Shown here: one piece after another, positions 1 through 10,100 of the stretch
How the letters are laid out: every line of letters begins with the position of its first letter
Position numbering within the stretch: the stretch's first letter is position 1
Virus record (IMG/VR): IMGVR_UViG_3300042519_001716
From: a virus
Taxonomy: Duplodnaviria > Heunggongvirae > Uroviricota > Caudoviricetes
Strand: one strand, 5' to 3'
Length of the DNA stretch: 34,818 bases
Program-made: the position numbers and the translations under genes
The notes under the pieces: model-generated
The model's input: the letters and a program-made list of their open reading frames with translations, nothing else
Told to the model about the DNA's origin: nothing
Databases searched by the model: none

Positions 1-190
1 AACAAAATGTGGCACCCCTGAACACACCAACCTCAAGATAAGTTGCGTTATCCAGACTACATATGTTATTAAGAAATGATCTCACTTTATTACTTGTAAT
101 CCCATGAATATCTAAAATGTCTTGTGTTAATTTAGATACCTCTAGTTTACCCCATTCAATTGAATCCTCAATATGTTTAACTAAGTCCAT
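1..190 (-). CDS. Class I SAM-dependent methyltransferase (Methyltransf_24-like), N-terminal part; runs off the window edge
   Basis: Not in the ORF track. Manual translation from ATG at 190: MDLVKHIEDSIEWGKLEVSKLTQDILDIHGITSNKVRSFLNNICSLDNATYLEVGVFRGATFC. YLEVGVFRG is SAM-binding motif I. Overlaps the stop of the U32 gene by 14 nt. Confidence 0.8.
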   Translation of the reverse strand, partial: MDLVKHIEDSIEWGKLEVSKLTQDILDIHGITSNKVRSFLNNICSLDNATYLEVGVFRGATFC

Positions 191-1217
191 ATGATTTCTT
201 TTTGTGGTCAGCAACTACATCACAATAGTTACAATCCCAACATTGAAATTTACATTTCTTTATTTTATTTCTCCAACCTTTTAATTCTTCATGTGGAATA
301 CCATCAAGATAAAGATTCGATGTTTCAGATAAAATTTCATTACCTGCAACATATGAATCCACAATCTCTATTGTTTCATTTAAACGATTAAAGCTATCTC
401 TACCATGCATTTTAAAGACATCAATATATTCTAATAACTCATCAAACTCTTCTTTAAATGGTGGTATTGTTGCGGCTTTAAAAAAGAATGCATTGATCTC
501 TTTTTCCCATTTGTATTCACATGTTACTTTAGATATCTCATGATGAAAATATGGTAACTCATTAGGTTGTCTAAGGTTATTATATGAATAGTGTTCATCC
601 ATTACTGGGCATCTACCTAGACAACCTTCATTAACTAAAAGTGATAGTTTAACATATCTACCCTTCTCTTCGTAATATTTTAATTGAGCTCGCTTAATGT
701 TTTTAAGCTCCTCAATATCTCTCATTAAAATTCTATCAAGATTAATATAATCAAATCCTTGATCAGCATTATACCAAAAGTCTTGTCCGGTTGCTACTTT
801 TCTTAATATGGTATTTTTAATTTCCATTTCTGGAAAATGTTTCTTTAATCCCATTGCAACCCAATGACCATGAGGAATGGTTATACACCTTAATCCCTTT
901 TCATATAATGGTTTTAAATTATCAACAAACAATTTATAGTTCTCATATTTTGGAGAAACATTAATATTATTGAACGTTGCACTAATTCTAATACCTAAAG
1001 CCTTTTGTATAATCATTGCGTTTTCAAACACAATGTCTCTATCCTCTTCTCTAAAGATAGCACCCATCGCATCTTGTGTGAAAGGTGGTATTCTACAGGT
1101 AAAATAAATGTCATAGATTGATTCCTTGTTCCTTTCCAGGAATGGGTAGAACTCTTTCAAGAATACTTCTTCCGATAGCATCGGATTAAACGGTATTGAA
1201 AATATTTTATTTGTCAT
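177..1217 (-). CDS. Peptidase U32-family (UbiU/UbiV/TrhP/RlhA-like) Fe-S protein
   Basis: LLVNEGCLGRCP Cys motif, YINLDR, FKMHGR (cf. KIEGR of U32), and C-terminal CKFQCWDCNYC. Start moved to MTNKIF (1217), which forms an ATGA overlap with the upstream stop. Confidence 0.7.
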   Translation of the reverse strand: MTNKIFSIPFNPMLSEEVFLKEFYPFLERNKESIYDIYFTCRIPPFTQDAMGAIFREEDRDIVFENAMIIQKALGIRISATFNNINVSPKYENYKLFVDNLKPLYEKGLRCITIPHGHWVAMGLKKHFPEMEIKNTILRKVATGQDFWYNADQGFDYINLDRILMRDIEELKNIKRAQLKYYEEKGRYVKLSLLVNEGCLGRCPVMDEHYSYNNLRQPNELPYFHHEISKVTCEYKWEKEINAFFFKAATIPPFKEEFDELLEYIDVFKMHGRDSFNRLNETIEIVDSYVAGNEILSETSNLYLDGIPHEELKGWRNKIKKCKFQCWDCNYCDVVADHKKKSYGLS

Positions 1218-2215
1218 TTGGTTCCCTCTAAACAACCACCACAAATTCCATTACATTCTGTCTTGTAAAAAACACAATCTAAACATCCTTGTGGTATTGA
1301 ATAATTTTTATGGTTTTCTATATAAAGTTTATCGAACTCTTCTCTAAGACCTAATATACCATTTTCTCCCGATATTTCCAAAACATTACTGATCTTTACT
1401 TTATCTTCTAATGGATAACAATGAATAGAACTACCATCTGGAAATATATCCAATGGCATAAACCCACATATTGTTTCATACTCAGGTATTTTAAACGTAG
1501 CAAAGTTTAATGAGTTTTCCATCACAGCCCCTTTTGTTTTACCCTCCCAAAGACATGGTGGGACTTGACAGTCTGAAGTTATTTTAATCTCATTATAACG
1601 CCCAAATTTAAGTATTTTGGTCATCTCAACGCCCATCTCTTTATTGTTGATCAGATAGGTACCAGTAAGGTCTAAACCTAGTCTTATGGCGTTTATATTA
1701 CCATCTAACTCGTGGTATAACCATTTGATATATTCATAAAAATTTCTATCTTTCCAATCACTTGACATTGTTAGTGCCAAATATAATCTTGGGTGGTTAT
1801 CGAATCCCCATGTGTTAGCATAAGCCTTATAGATTTCTAAATAGTTCTTTTTAAAAACAACCATTCGGTTTTTCTCATTGAGTTCCGCGGCGTTAGGAAA
1901 GGCCCATCTAATGTTTTTAATATTATCTATAATATAATCTCTAGTTGTTTTTCCAAAAAGAAAATTACTAACTAGATTTACCTTATAACCTCTAGAGAAA
2001 ATGTGATCCATTATCCCAATAAAATTAGAATGTTGTGTTGGTTCACCTCCGAGTATTGTGATTTCTTCGTTGGAGTTGTTTAGATGAAAATGGTCGATAA
2101 CTTTATCGACCATGTTTATATCCATTTCTCCGAGTGTGTGTTTTAGTCTTGCGTCTTCTTTTGTGAAACAAAATGAGCATCCTTTGGCACACGTCCCGTT
2201 AATAGCTAAATTCAT
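1214..2215 (-). CDS. Radical SAM protein with C-terminal SPASM-like domain
   Basis: CAKGCSFC (CxxxCxxC), ILGGEPT, and C-terminal HCYP...CLDC...CNGICGGC. Confidence 0.9.
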   Translation of the reverse strand: MNLAINGTCAKGCSFCFTKEDARLKHTLGEMDINMVDKVIDHFHLNNSNEEITILGGEPTQHSNFIGIMDHIFSRGYKVNLVSNFLFGKTTRDYIIDNIKNIRWAFPNAAELNEKNRMVVFKKNYLEIYKAYANTWGFDNHPRLYLALTMSSDWKDRNFYEYIKWLYHELDGNINAIRLGLDLTGTYLINNKEMGVEMTKILKFGRYNEIKITSDCQVPPCLWEGKTKGAVMENSLNFATFKIPEYETICGFMPLDIFPDGSSIHCYPLEDKVKISNVLEISGENGILGLREEFDKLYIENHKNYSIPQGCLDCVFYKTECNGICGGCLEGTK

Positions 2216-2955
2216 TAAAAATCCATTTTCAATGTGAGAGGTGTTGTTGGAATATTTTCATCTTCCCTTTGTTGTTTGCTCAATGCAACACCAAATTTTT
2301 CGTGCTTAAGTCTGTGGCAATCTGCGATGTTTACACACGCCTTAATTCTTTCTTCTAATAGTTGTTGTTCTAATAATAGATTTGCTAATTTAACATTATA
2401 TGCTGTAACATTGTTAATTATCTTTTGTACAAATAATGTTTTATCTATATTTCTACCCGCACATAATATATCAATAATTGGAGTTTGATAATCTTGGTCA
2501 GCCATCCAACCAAACGCTTCTCTTTTTTGTTCTTCCCAAGTATCTTTTTCTAAGATGGAAGCATCAACCATCAGCTCTTTATATCTTTCAGAAAACCTGT
2601 CAGCAACAACTTTTTTCATTACCGCTTTATTAAATAATACACCAGCTAGTTTATCATCATCACTAAGAAAATGTTTTACCTTTTCTGCTTCTGTTTCGCT
2701 AGATTCCGCTAACTGAGGAATCTCATCCATGATATTTGAATTTGTTCTAACACTAATATAATCTTTATATATGTCAGCAAAAACAAATCCTTTAGCAATC
2801 TCTTCTGGAATAACTATTGCATCGAGTTTATTTAACTCAACTCTCATGTCGTTATATTCATCGGCGATTCTTCCGTAGTTATAGTTTAGATACATACCTA
2901 TCACTTGAATGTATCCAGGAACATTACCTTGTAGTTTAAAAAGAATATGTGTCAT
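2215..2955 (-). CDS. Hypothetical protein, tail-fibre assembly/chaperone-like
   Basis: EKDTWEEQKREAFGWMADQDYQTPIIDILCAGRNID resembles the 'TW..Q..EA....D....TP.I.......R.I' pattern recalled from phage tail-fibre assembly proteins; predicted helical. Confidence 0.4.
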   Translation of the reverse strand: MTHILFKLQGNVPGYIQVIGMYLNYNYGRIADEYNDMRVELNKLDAIVIPEEIAKGFVFADIYKDYISVRTNSNIMDEIPQLAESSETEAEKVKHFLSDDDKLAGVLFNKAVMKKVVADRFSERYKELMVDASILEKDTWEEQKREAFGWMADQDYQTPIIDILCAGRNIDKTLFVQKIINNVTAYNVKLANLLLEQQLLEERIKACVNIADCHRLKHEKFGVALSKQQREDENIPTTPLTLKMDF

Positions 2956-3719
2956 TATAATAATTTTTCTGTTTCTGTTTTATTTGGTTCACTTAATCTT
3001 AACTGATTTTTTAATGACTCTTCAATTGTAAAATTGTTTGTTGTTGCTTCTGTCATTAATTGGTTTATATTTTTATCGGTTGAGATAGTGTATGCTGACG
3101 CTAATGCTAACACTTGTTTTTGTTGTTCTGGGTCCATCATAAGAATTGAATCTAAGTTACCGGTACCAATTCTACCATATGAAATCATATCTAACATAGC
3201 TTGCTTTGCCATACGAACGGTCCAGTATTCGTGTTCATATTTTTCTTCTAATTCTGGATTTCCAAATACATCGATTAATTTCGTTCCGTTAGGTAAAATC
3301 GCCTGATCAGATTCCAAGAATTCTTTTATCAAATCAATAAACCCTTGTCTTTCTCTATATGCGTCTTTAAGATTTCTATTAAACTTTCTTAAATCAATCA
3401 TTTTATCAGCAATGGTTATATTAACCATTTCTTTTCTTTTGGGGTCGGTTATAAATTCTTTACTTTCTTCATCCATTTGGATTTCAAGTTCCATCTTTCT
3501 AACAGTATATTCCAAATGTTCTACCGCATCTTCTCTACCTCTTAGCTCTAATAACCACTGTTTTAACCTCGCGTAAGGTGTGATTTGCGCTCCACCCACA
3601 AAGTTATATGCTTTATATTTTGGTAATGCAAAAGACATGCTTTCAGAAATTTGCATTAGTTTTTCATCAAATGGGTTATTGATAAAATTAGATCTATCAT
3701 ATTTGTAACCTTGTTCCAT
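2955..3719 (-). CDS. Hypothetical coiled-coil phage protein (ends KLL)
   Basis: 254-aa ORF with charged heptad-rich segments; preceded by a promoter-like element; TAATG-type overlap with the next gene. Confidence 0.6.
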   Translation of the reverse strand: MEQGYKYDRSNFINNPFDEKLMQISESMSFALPKYKAYNFVGGAQITPYARLKQWLLELRGREDAVEHLEYTVRKMELEIQMDEESKEFITDPKRKEMVNITIADKMIDLRKFNRNLKDAYRERQGFIDLIKEFLESDQAILPNGTKLIDVFGNPELEEKYEHEYWTVRMAKQAMLDMISYGRIGTGNLDSILMMDPEQQKQVLALASAYTISTDKNINQLMTEATTNNFTIEESLKNQLRLSEPNKTETEKLL

Positions 3720-3738
3720 AATTAATTTGTTTTCATCT

Positions 3739-3767
3739 AATATACTTAAAAATATTCATAAAGTCAA
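3739..3767 (-). promoter_or_regulatory. Sigma70-like promoter TTGACT-N17-TATATT
   Basis: -35 at 3762-3767, -10 at 3739-3744, exact 17-nt spacer, in the 51-nt intergenic gap. Identical hexamers occur at 20406-20434. Confidence 0.65.
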
Positions 3768-3770
3768 ATG

Positions 3771-4880
3771 TTATCTCCAACCACAATGTCCAGATGATGT
3801 CCCAGCGTTAACCCGTGGTGCTAATCCCGTAATGGCATTTGAACCTGTGTCGGTTGCGTAAACCATTATCCAAGACGTATTGTTTTGTCCTGTTCCATCA
3901 TAATTTCCTAACATATATTGCCAGTCTTGTCCTAATGCGAAGTTTTCTTCACCACAGTTGGCATGTGGCTTTGCAACATTACCAAGATTCGTATCCGTAG
4001 AATTACTCCATCTTCTTAAGTTGTAACCACCATTATATGACCCCTCGTTACCACAATAACCTTTCCCAACTTTAGATGGTATACCTTTTTGTTGTGCGTG
4101 TGCTCCCCATTGTGTTGATGAGCTTGGTGTTTCATTTGAAAAATTAAATTTTATACCCGCAGATGTTGTCCACGCATATCCAAAACTTTCATCATAAAAT
4201 GCGCCGGCACCATCGTTACCGCTTATTGACGTTACACCAAATCCACTTACATAACTTTCGTTAGATAGGTTAAATTTTTCAATTGTTGTTGATCCACCCG
4301 AAATTAAATAGGCAAACTCTGTTTCTTTTTGCATAGTTGCAACGTCACTTCTAGCAATACCTGTGTTAAATTTAGCTTGATGAGCATAGTTTGTATCGTT
4401 AAACAAATTAATTGCTGATGTCCGAGTCCCATGAATACTATCTGGACCTTTCCATGCCCCATCATCATTTACTGACCAAATAAACAATATTGTTTTATTA
4501 CATGCACCAGATGTATATGATGCGGGATAATCTAACAATTCACCGACGTGTGTTGTTTGATTCGTTGAGTTTGTTGTTTTATGTACGTTTCTCCAAGGTG
4601 ATGAATCTTTATAACCACCAGCCAAATATGTGTATGATAAAACTTGTCTATATTTAAATGCTATTGGAATGGTTTCTTGTGCCGCAATTCTCTCCCATCC
4701 GTTATCAATATTTGATACGCCGGTATATAACATTAAAAAGCTACCACTAGTGGATTCTTCCAAATATAAAGAACCAGATAATGGTGAACCAGGTCTGCTT
4801 GCTCTAACACCTCTAGGTGGTCTATTAACCACCCTATCTGATGTTAAACTACCACTAACTTCTAAATTCTCGTATATCAT
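3771..4880 (-). CDS. Beta-propeller-like (Kelch-like) putative virion protein, paralog 3
   Basis: N-terminal PRGVRASRPGSPLSGSLYLE fibre-type motif; repeats starting YLAGGY/YLISGG/YMLGNY; ends GTSSGHCGWR; aligns end to end with the two neighbours. Confidence 0.55.
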   Translation of the reverse strand: MIYENLEVSGSLTSDRVVNRPPRGVRASRPGSPLSGSLYLEESTSGSFLMLYTGVSNIDNGWERIAAQETIPIAFKYRQVLSYTYLAGGYKDSSPWRNVHKTTNSTNQTTHVGELLDYPASYTSGACNKTILFIWSVNDDGAWKGPDSIHGTRTSAINLFNDTNYAHQAKFNTGIARSDVATMQKETEFAYLISGGSTTIEKFNLSNESYVSGFGVTSISGNDGAGAFYDESFGYAWTTSAGIKFNFSNETPSSSTQWGAHAQQKGIPSKVGKGYCGNEGSYNGGYNLRRWSNSTDTNLGNVAKPHANCGEENFALGQDWQYMLGNYDGTGQNNTSWIMVYATDTGSNAITGLAPRVNAGTSSGHCGWR

Positions 4881-4894
4881 AATTTAATTATTTT

Positions 4895-6001
4895 TTACCC
4901 TCTCCATCCACAATGCCCAGATGATGTTCCAGCATTGACTGCGGGGTTTAACCCACTTACACTGGTTGTTCCTGTATCTGTTGCATAGAAGAATTTCCAA
5001 CTTGTATTATTTTGTAGCCCATCATAATTACCTAACATATACTGATGATCTTGACCCATGGTAAAATTTTCTTCACCGCAATTAGGATGAGGCTTTGATA
5101 CGTTTCCAATGTTGGTATCATTAGCATTACTCCATCTTCTTAAGTTGTAACCACCATTATATGAACCTTCGTTTCCAGCATAACCTTTTCCAACTTTTGA
5201 ACTAATTCCTTTTTGTTGTGAATGTGCGCCCCACATTCCACTTGATGTAATTGTTTCCGTTGCAAAACTCATTTTAATACCTGCAGATGACGTCCAACCA
5301 TATCCAAAGTTTTCATCAGAAAATGCTGAACCACCATCACTACCATCGATCGTTGTTAAATGAAAACCAGTTGCTATTGTTTCTGTACTTAAATCAAATC
5401 TTTCAACGACAGTACTACCGCCGGTAAACATATAAGCCATTTCTGTTTCTTTATGCATGGTTCCCAAGTCACTTCTAGCATTGGTAATATTGAATTTTTG
5501 ATTATGTGTATAGTTTGTGTCATTAGCCATATTAATTGCTGAGGTTCTAACACTATCTACAGTACTCGGTCCTTTAAATGTATTATCTGTATTAACCGAC
5601 CAAATAAAAAAGATATATTTGCTACAAGCTCCCGATGTATATGATGCTGGATGATCTAACAATTCTCCAATGTGTGTTGTTTGATCTGTAGAGTTAATTG
5701 TTTTGTGAACATTTTTCCAAGGGGATGAATCTTTATAACCACCCGCAAGATAAGAAACACTAATTATCTGTCTAAATTTAAAACCAACATTGGCATTTAC
5801 TTGAGAAGATACCCTAACCCATCCACTATCACTATTACTTAAACCAACATAAACCATTAAAAAACTACCACTAGTTGCTTGTTCTAAATATAAAGAACCA
5901 GTTTGCGGACTGCCAGGTCTATTTGCCCGTGTTCCAATTGGTGATTTTATCACACCTTGTGCTTTTAGGGACCCACTAATTTCAATATTTTCGTGTAGCA
6001 T
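4895..6001 (-). CDS. Beta-propeller-like putative virion protein, paralog 2
   Basis: Same architecture as 3771-4880; ends GTSSGHCGWRG. Confidence 0.55.
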   Translation of the reverse strand: MLHENIEISGSLKAQGVIKSPIGTRANRPGSPQTGSLYLEQATSGSFLMVYVGLSNSDSGWVRVSSQVNANVGFKFRQIISVSYLAGGYKDSSPWKNVHKTINSTDQTTHIGELLDHPASYTSGACSKYIFFIWSVNTDNTFKGPSTVDSVRTSAINMANDTNYTHNQKFNITNARSDLGTMHKETEMAYMFTGGSTVVERFDLSTETIATGFHLTTIDGSDGGSAFSDENFGYGWTSSAGIKMSFATETITSSGMWGAHSQQKGISSKVGKGYAGNEGSYNGGYNLRRWSNANDTNIGNVSKPHPNCGEENFTMGQDHQYMLGNYDGLQNNTSWKFFYATDTGTTSVSGLNPAVNAGTSSGHCGWRG

Positions 6002-6005
6002 ATCT

Positions 6006-6015
6006 TATAAATATA
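6006..6015 (-). promoter_or_regulatory. TATATTTATA motif (candidate phage late/structural promoter)
   Basis: Lies in an 18-nt gap just upstream of an ATG. The same 10-mer is at 15981-15990, and the TATTTAT core is at 12129-12135 and 14227-14234, all intergenic. Confidence 0.35.
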
Positions 6016-6019
6016 AATT

Positions 6020-7159
6020 TTATGTTCTCCAACCGCAATGGCCTGATGATGTTCCATCATTTACTCCTGGCGCCAAACCACTAGGGTTTACTGTACCAGT
6101 ATCCGTAGTGTAACCAAATTTCCAACTAGTATTTACCTGTGCACCGTCATAACAACCTAACATATATTGATGATCTTGTCCCATTGTAAAGTTTTCTTCT
6201 CCGCAGTTAGGGTGTGGCTTTGCTACATTGCCAATATTTGTTTCTGTGAAAACATTCCATCTTCTTAAATTATAACCTCCGTTATATGTTCCTTCATTTC
6301 CCGCATAACCTTTACCCACCTTTGAACTAATACCTTTTTGTTGACCGCTCGCACCCCACTGCTGATTATTTGTGAATGTATCATTTGCGAAGAATAGTTT
6401 TGTACCACTTTGTTGTGTCCATCCATAACCATAATTCTCATCTGAAAATCCTGATGCACCAGAAGGGCCACTACCCGTGATTGATGATGTTGTTGTAATG
6501 TATGGGACACCTGCTTGATAGTAAACACTATACATTGTCTCGTTTGTTAAATTGAACTTCTCGACCGCAGCAACTCCAGCACCAAATATCCAAGCAAATT
6601 CCGTTTCTTGGTGTAAAGTACCACAATCATCTCTCGCGTTTGCTAAATCCCATTTGGTTTGATGAGCGTATGATGTTTCGTTTACCATATTAACACCACT
6701 TGTCCATGTTGAATGAATGGTGCTATCTCCTTTAAATGTACCATCGGTATTTGTTGACCATAGAAATAAAATACTTTTACTGCAAGCACCAGATGTATAT
6801 GATGCTGGGTAATCTAATAATTCACCTAAGTGAACCGTTTGGTCTGTTGAATTTGTTGTTCTATGAACATTCTTCCATGGTGATGCGGATTTATAACCAC
6901 CAGCTAAGTATGAGTAATTAATAACCTGTCTATATTTAAATCCTGTTCTATCTGTATTTTGTGAACCAACTGGTTCCCAACCACCATCATAATTTGAAGA
7001 TGCAGTATATGTAACTACAAAGCTACCACTAGTAGATTCTTCCAAATATAATGACCCAATATCAGGACTAGATGGCCTATTTGCTCGTGGCCCTCTTGGT
7101 ATAATATATTGTCCACTAACATTTAAGGACCCACTAACTTCTACATTTTCTCTTAACAT
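6020..7159 (-). CDS. Beta-propeller-like putative virion protein, paralog 1
   Basis: Same architecture, with an ~11-aa insertion (VYYQAGVPYITT region); ends GTSSGHCGWRT. Confidence 0.55.
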   Translation of the reverse strand: MLRENVEVSGSLNVSGQYIIPRGPRANRPSSPDIGSLYLEESTSGSFVVTYTASSNYDGGWEPVGSQNTDRTGFKYRQVINYSYLAGGYKSASPWKNVHRTTNSTDQTVHLGELLDYPASYTSGACSKSILFLWSTNTDGTFKGDSTIHSTWTSGVNMVNETSYAHQTKWDLANARDDCGTLHQETEFAWIFGAGVAAVEKFNLTNETMYSVYYQAGVPYITTTSSITGSGPSGASGFSDENYGYGWTQQSGTKLFFANDTFTNNQQWGASGQQKGISSKVGKGYAGNEGTYNGGYNLRRWNVFTETNIGNVAKPHPNCGEENFTMGQDHQYMLGCYDGAQVNTSWKFGYTTDTGTVNPSGLAPGVNDGTSSGHCGWRT

Positions 7160-7178
7160 ATTATATAATATACGGATT

Positions 7179-10100
7179 TTATCTTACAACTACAACCCTA
7201 CCTGATCTAGAAGATGAAAAAGTTATTGTAACCACCGATGTGCTTGTTGTAACAATTGATGATGGCCAGAACATATTATCTGAACTGTCATAAACAAATA
7301 CTGCCACATCTTTTGTTCCTAAACTATGTGTTACCGTTACTGATGATACACTACTAAATGTTGTTGAGTATGATGAGTTTGAATATGATTTAGCGGTACT
7401 TCCACCGATAGTTAATGCGGTGTGGAAATTTGGTATACCACCTCCACTAATTGAAAATATATACCCGGTATTTGTTCCATCATTTTTATAAATGTAAAAT
7501 GGCGTTGCATCTGTATTAGATCTACCAACTATTTCCCATTTGTTATTTCCCGCAGAGTCTTGGAATTGAATAATGTTACCACTAGTTGAAGCTAACTCTC
7601 TTAATTTTAAAACCCGACTATCGGTATCACTGGTAAATATCGCAGCCTTAAATGTAGGTACTGCCGATGTTGCAACTGATTGTCCTATGGATACGGTAAC
7701 CGAACCTGTTGTTGTGTCAACACCAACACCAGTTCCCGCATTAACCGCAGTTACTTTAGCCGCGGTATATGTTGTTGATATTGAACTACCATTCCAAGTA
7801 CCACTTGTAATTGTACCAACCGTTGCTAAATTCGATAATGACGTTAATGATGTATTTGAACTTGCTGTAATGTTTGTTGCATTTCCAGTTAATGTACCAA
7901 CAAAATTACCGGAGTTCATTGTTACCCCCGCACTGTCAACGGTCATTATTTTGGTCCAAGTACCTCCACCCGTTCCGGCTGAGTTGTACCAATGAGTTAA
8001 ACCACCAGTACTAAGACTATCAATTGCACCATGTGGAACATTATCACCATTTGCATCTGGAGCTCCCCACCAAACCGATGCGGTTGATGTTCCTCTAAAA
8101 TATACTGTTCTACTCGTATCTGTTGCATTACCACCAAATGAATTACCAAATGTAACACTACCCGCACCAGATGAAAATTTAACAAGATTTGATGTTGCAG
8201 TACCACTTCTTAAATAGGTAGAGGTTACTCCCGCAAATGTTGGTGTTGATGTTGTTGCAATACTTTGTGGTAAACTTAATGTAACACCACCAGTATTTGC
8301 ACTAACCGTTACTTGATTAGTTGTTCCTGTTAAAGATGTCACACCACTATTTGTGACCGTAACGGCACCTGTTGTTGTGTTTACACTTATACCTGTTCCA
8401 GCACTAACACTAGTTACTTTTGCATCTGTATATGTTGTTGAAATCGATGAACCATTCCAAACACCGCTATTAATTGTACCCACTGTGGTGATTGCTAGTG
8501 CGTTTACTCTTGCTAATGTCTCATCCCCAGTATTGGTTCCTGAAGATGCACCACTATGTGTTCCGCTAAAATTAGCTGCGGTCATATTATAACCAAATGT
8601 GGCAACGCCCGTTGTTTGATTTAACGTTAACACGTCAGCCGCAAGTGTTTCACTATAACATATATAATTGTTAGATGTTAAATTTTCTCTTAAACCTATG
8701 AACCACTTAGAACTACCCGCAGTTTGATAATATAAACCAACATAATTTGATGTTGCGGGTCTATTAAGATTTAACCCTCCTGTTGAATTATTAATTATTA
8801 ATGCGGTACTTGTTGTTGCACCTCTACTAGTAACAGTTGATAATGTTTCACTTGTTGCGAGTCCTTGTAATGAACCCGTAAATGCTGTTGACGTAACCGA
8901 AGTTAAACCTGCAAGTGATGTTGACGTTCCACCCAATGTTGTTGATGTGGAACCAATTGTAATTGTTTTATTTGAACCTAATTGTGACCCATCTATTTGT
9001 GATGAACCACTAATAACACCATCAGCGTTTAATTTTGATTTAACACCGGTGGTAAATGTTGCTGACGATGTGTCAATTGCAATATCGTCAGCGTTTACTG
9101 TTATACCATTACCGGCGCCCACATTAATCGTCCGAGTTGCTGAAATATCACCACCTCCCGTTAAACCACTTCCGGCAGTAATTGAAACCGTTGTGTGATC
9201 TATATGTTGATTAGCTACATAATTTGTTGTTGCGTTATGATTCACTTGAACGGAACCACTTATAACACCGTCACTATTTAATTTATTTTTAATCGTTGTA
9301 TTAATAGAACTAGTGAATGAGTTTAATGAACCTGTTGATGTTTCAACATTACCTATTCTTGTAACAGCATTGTTAAATTCTGTTTCTCTTACTAATCTTT
9401 GTTCTGAACCTAACTGACCAGCAACCCAATAATCATTCGTTGAATCCCATAATAAAGATCCTGATATTTGACTTGGTGCTGTTGTATCTTTAACTCTTAA
9501 ACCAGCAAATGTTGCACCACTACCATTCAGATTAATTAAGTTATTATCGACATCAAGTGTTGATGTGTTTACGTTTGTTGTTGTACCCTTAACTAAAAAG
9601 TCGCCCCTAACAGTTAAGTTTGAACCTGTTAATTCTATTGCAGTTAATAACGAAGAGGTAAATGTGTTTAAACTACCTGTGGATGTCTCAATTGCGGTTA
9701 TAGTTGGGCTACTGATAACTTCAGTTACTTTTAATGTACCTGTAACTTCCGTATTTGAATTAATGGATACCTTAGTTCCATTATCAGTGATATTACTATC
9801 GTTTAAGTGTTCTATCCCTGTACCTTTAGGTATACGGTTTAATGTAAGATATGGCTCCCCACCAAGATTATTGTAGGTCTCTGGACCCATTAATAAAACA
9901 GAAGATGTTACTGAAGCTTGATCTTGGTGAACAAATAACCATTGGTTGTTAACGGAATCAAATAACATTGAGCCTGAAACTTGTGGTGATGAACCACTGT
10001 CAATAACAGCTAAACCACCAAATCTTACTGACGGATTAAGTGCGTTAACAGTTATGATGTTATCGGCAATGTTTAATACGGAAGAACTTATATTTTGTAT

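Noticed and set aside
177-1244. Collagenase/protease function and the longer MWWLF start
   Set aside because: Characterised U32 proteins are Fe-S hydroxylation factors; the extension overlaps the upstream gene, whereas 1217 gives a clean ATGA junction.
6006-6013. T4-type late promoter TATAAATA
   Set aside because: It reads TATAAATA only on the + strand, antisense to all genes; it was kept instead as a minus-strand TATTTATA candidate.
3771-7159. Diversity-generating retroelement (VR/TR) among the paralogs
   Set aside because: Differences are mostly synonymous and not adenine-specific; no reverse transcriptase or non-coding template repeat was seen.
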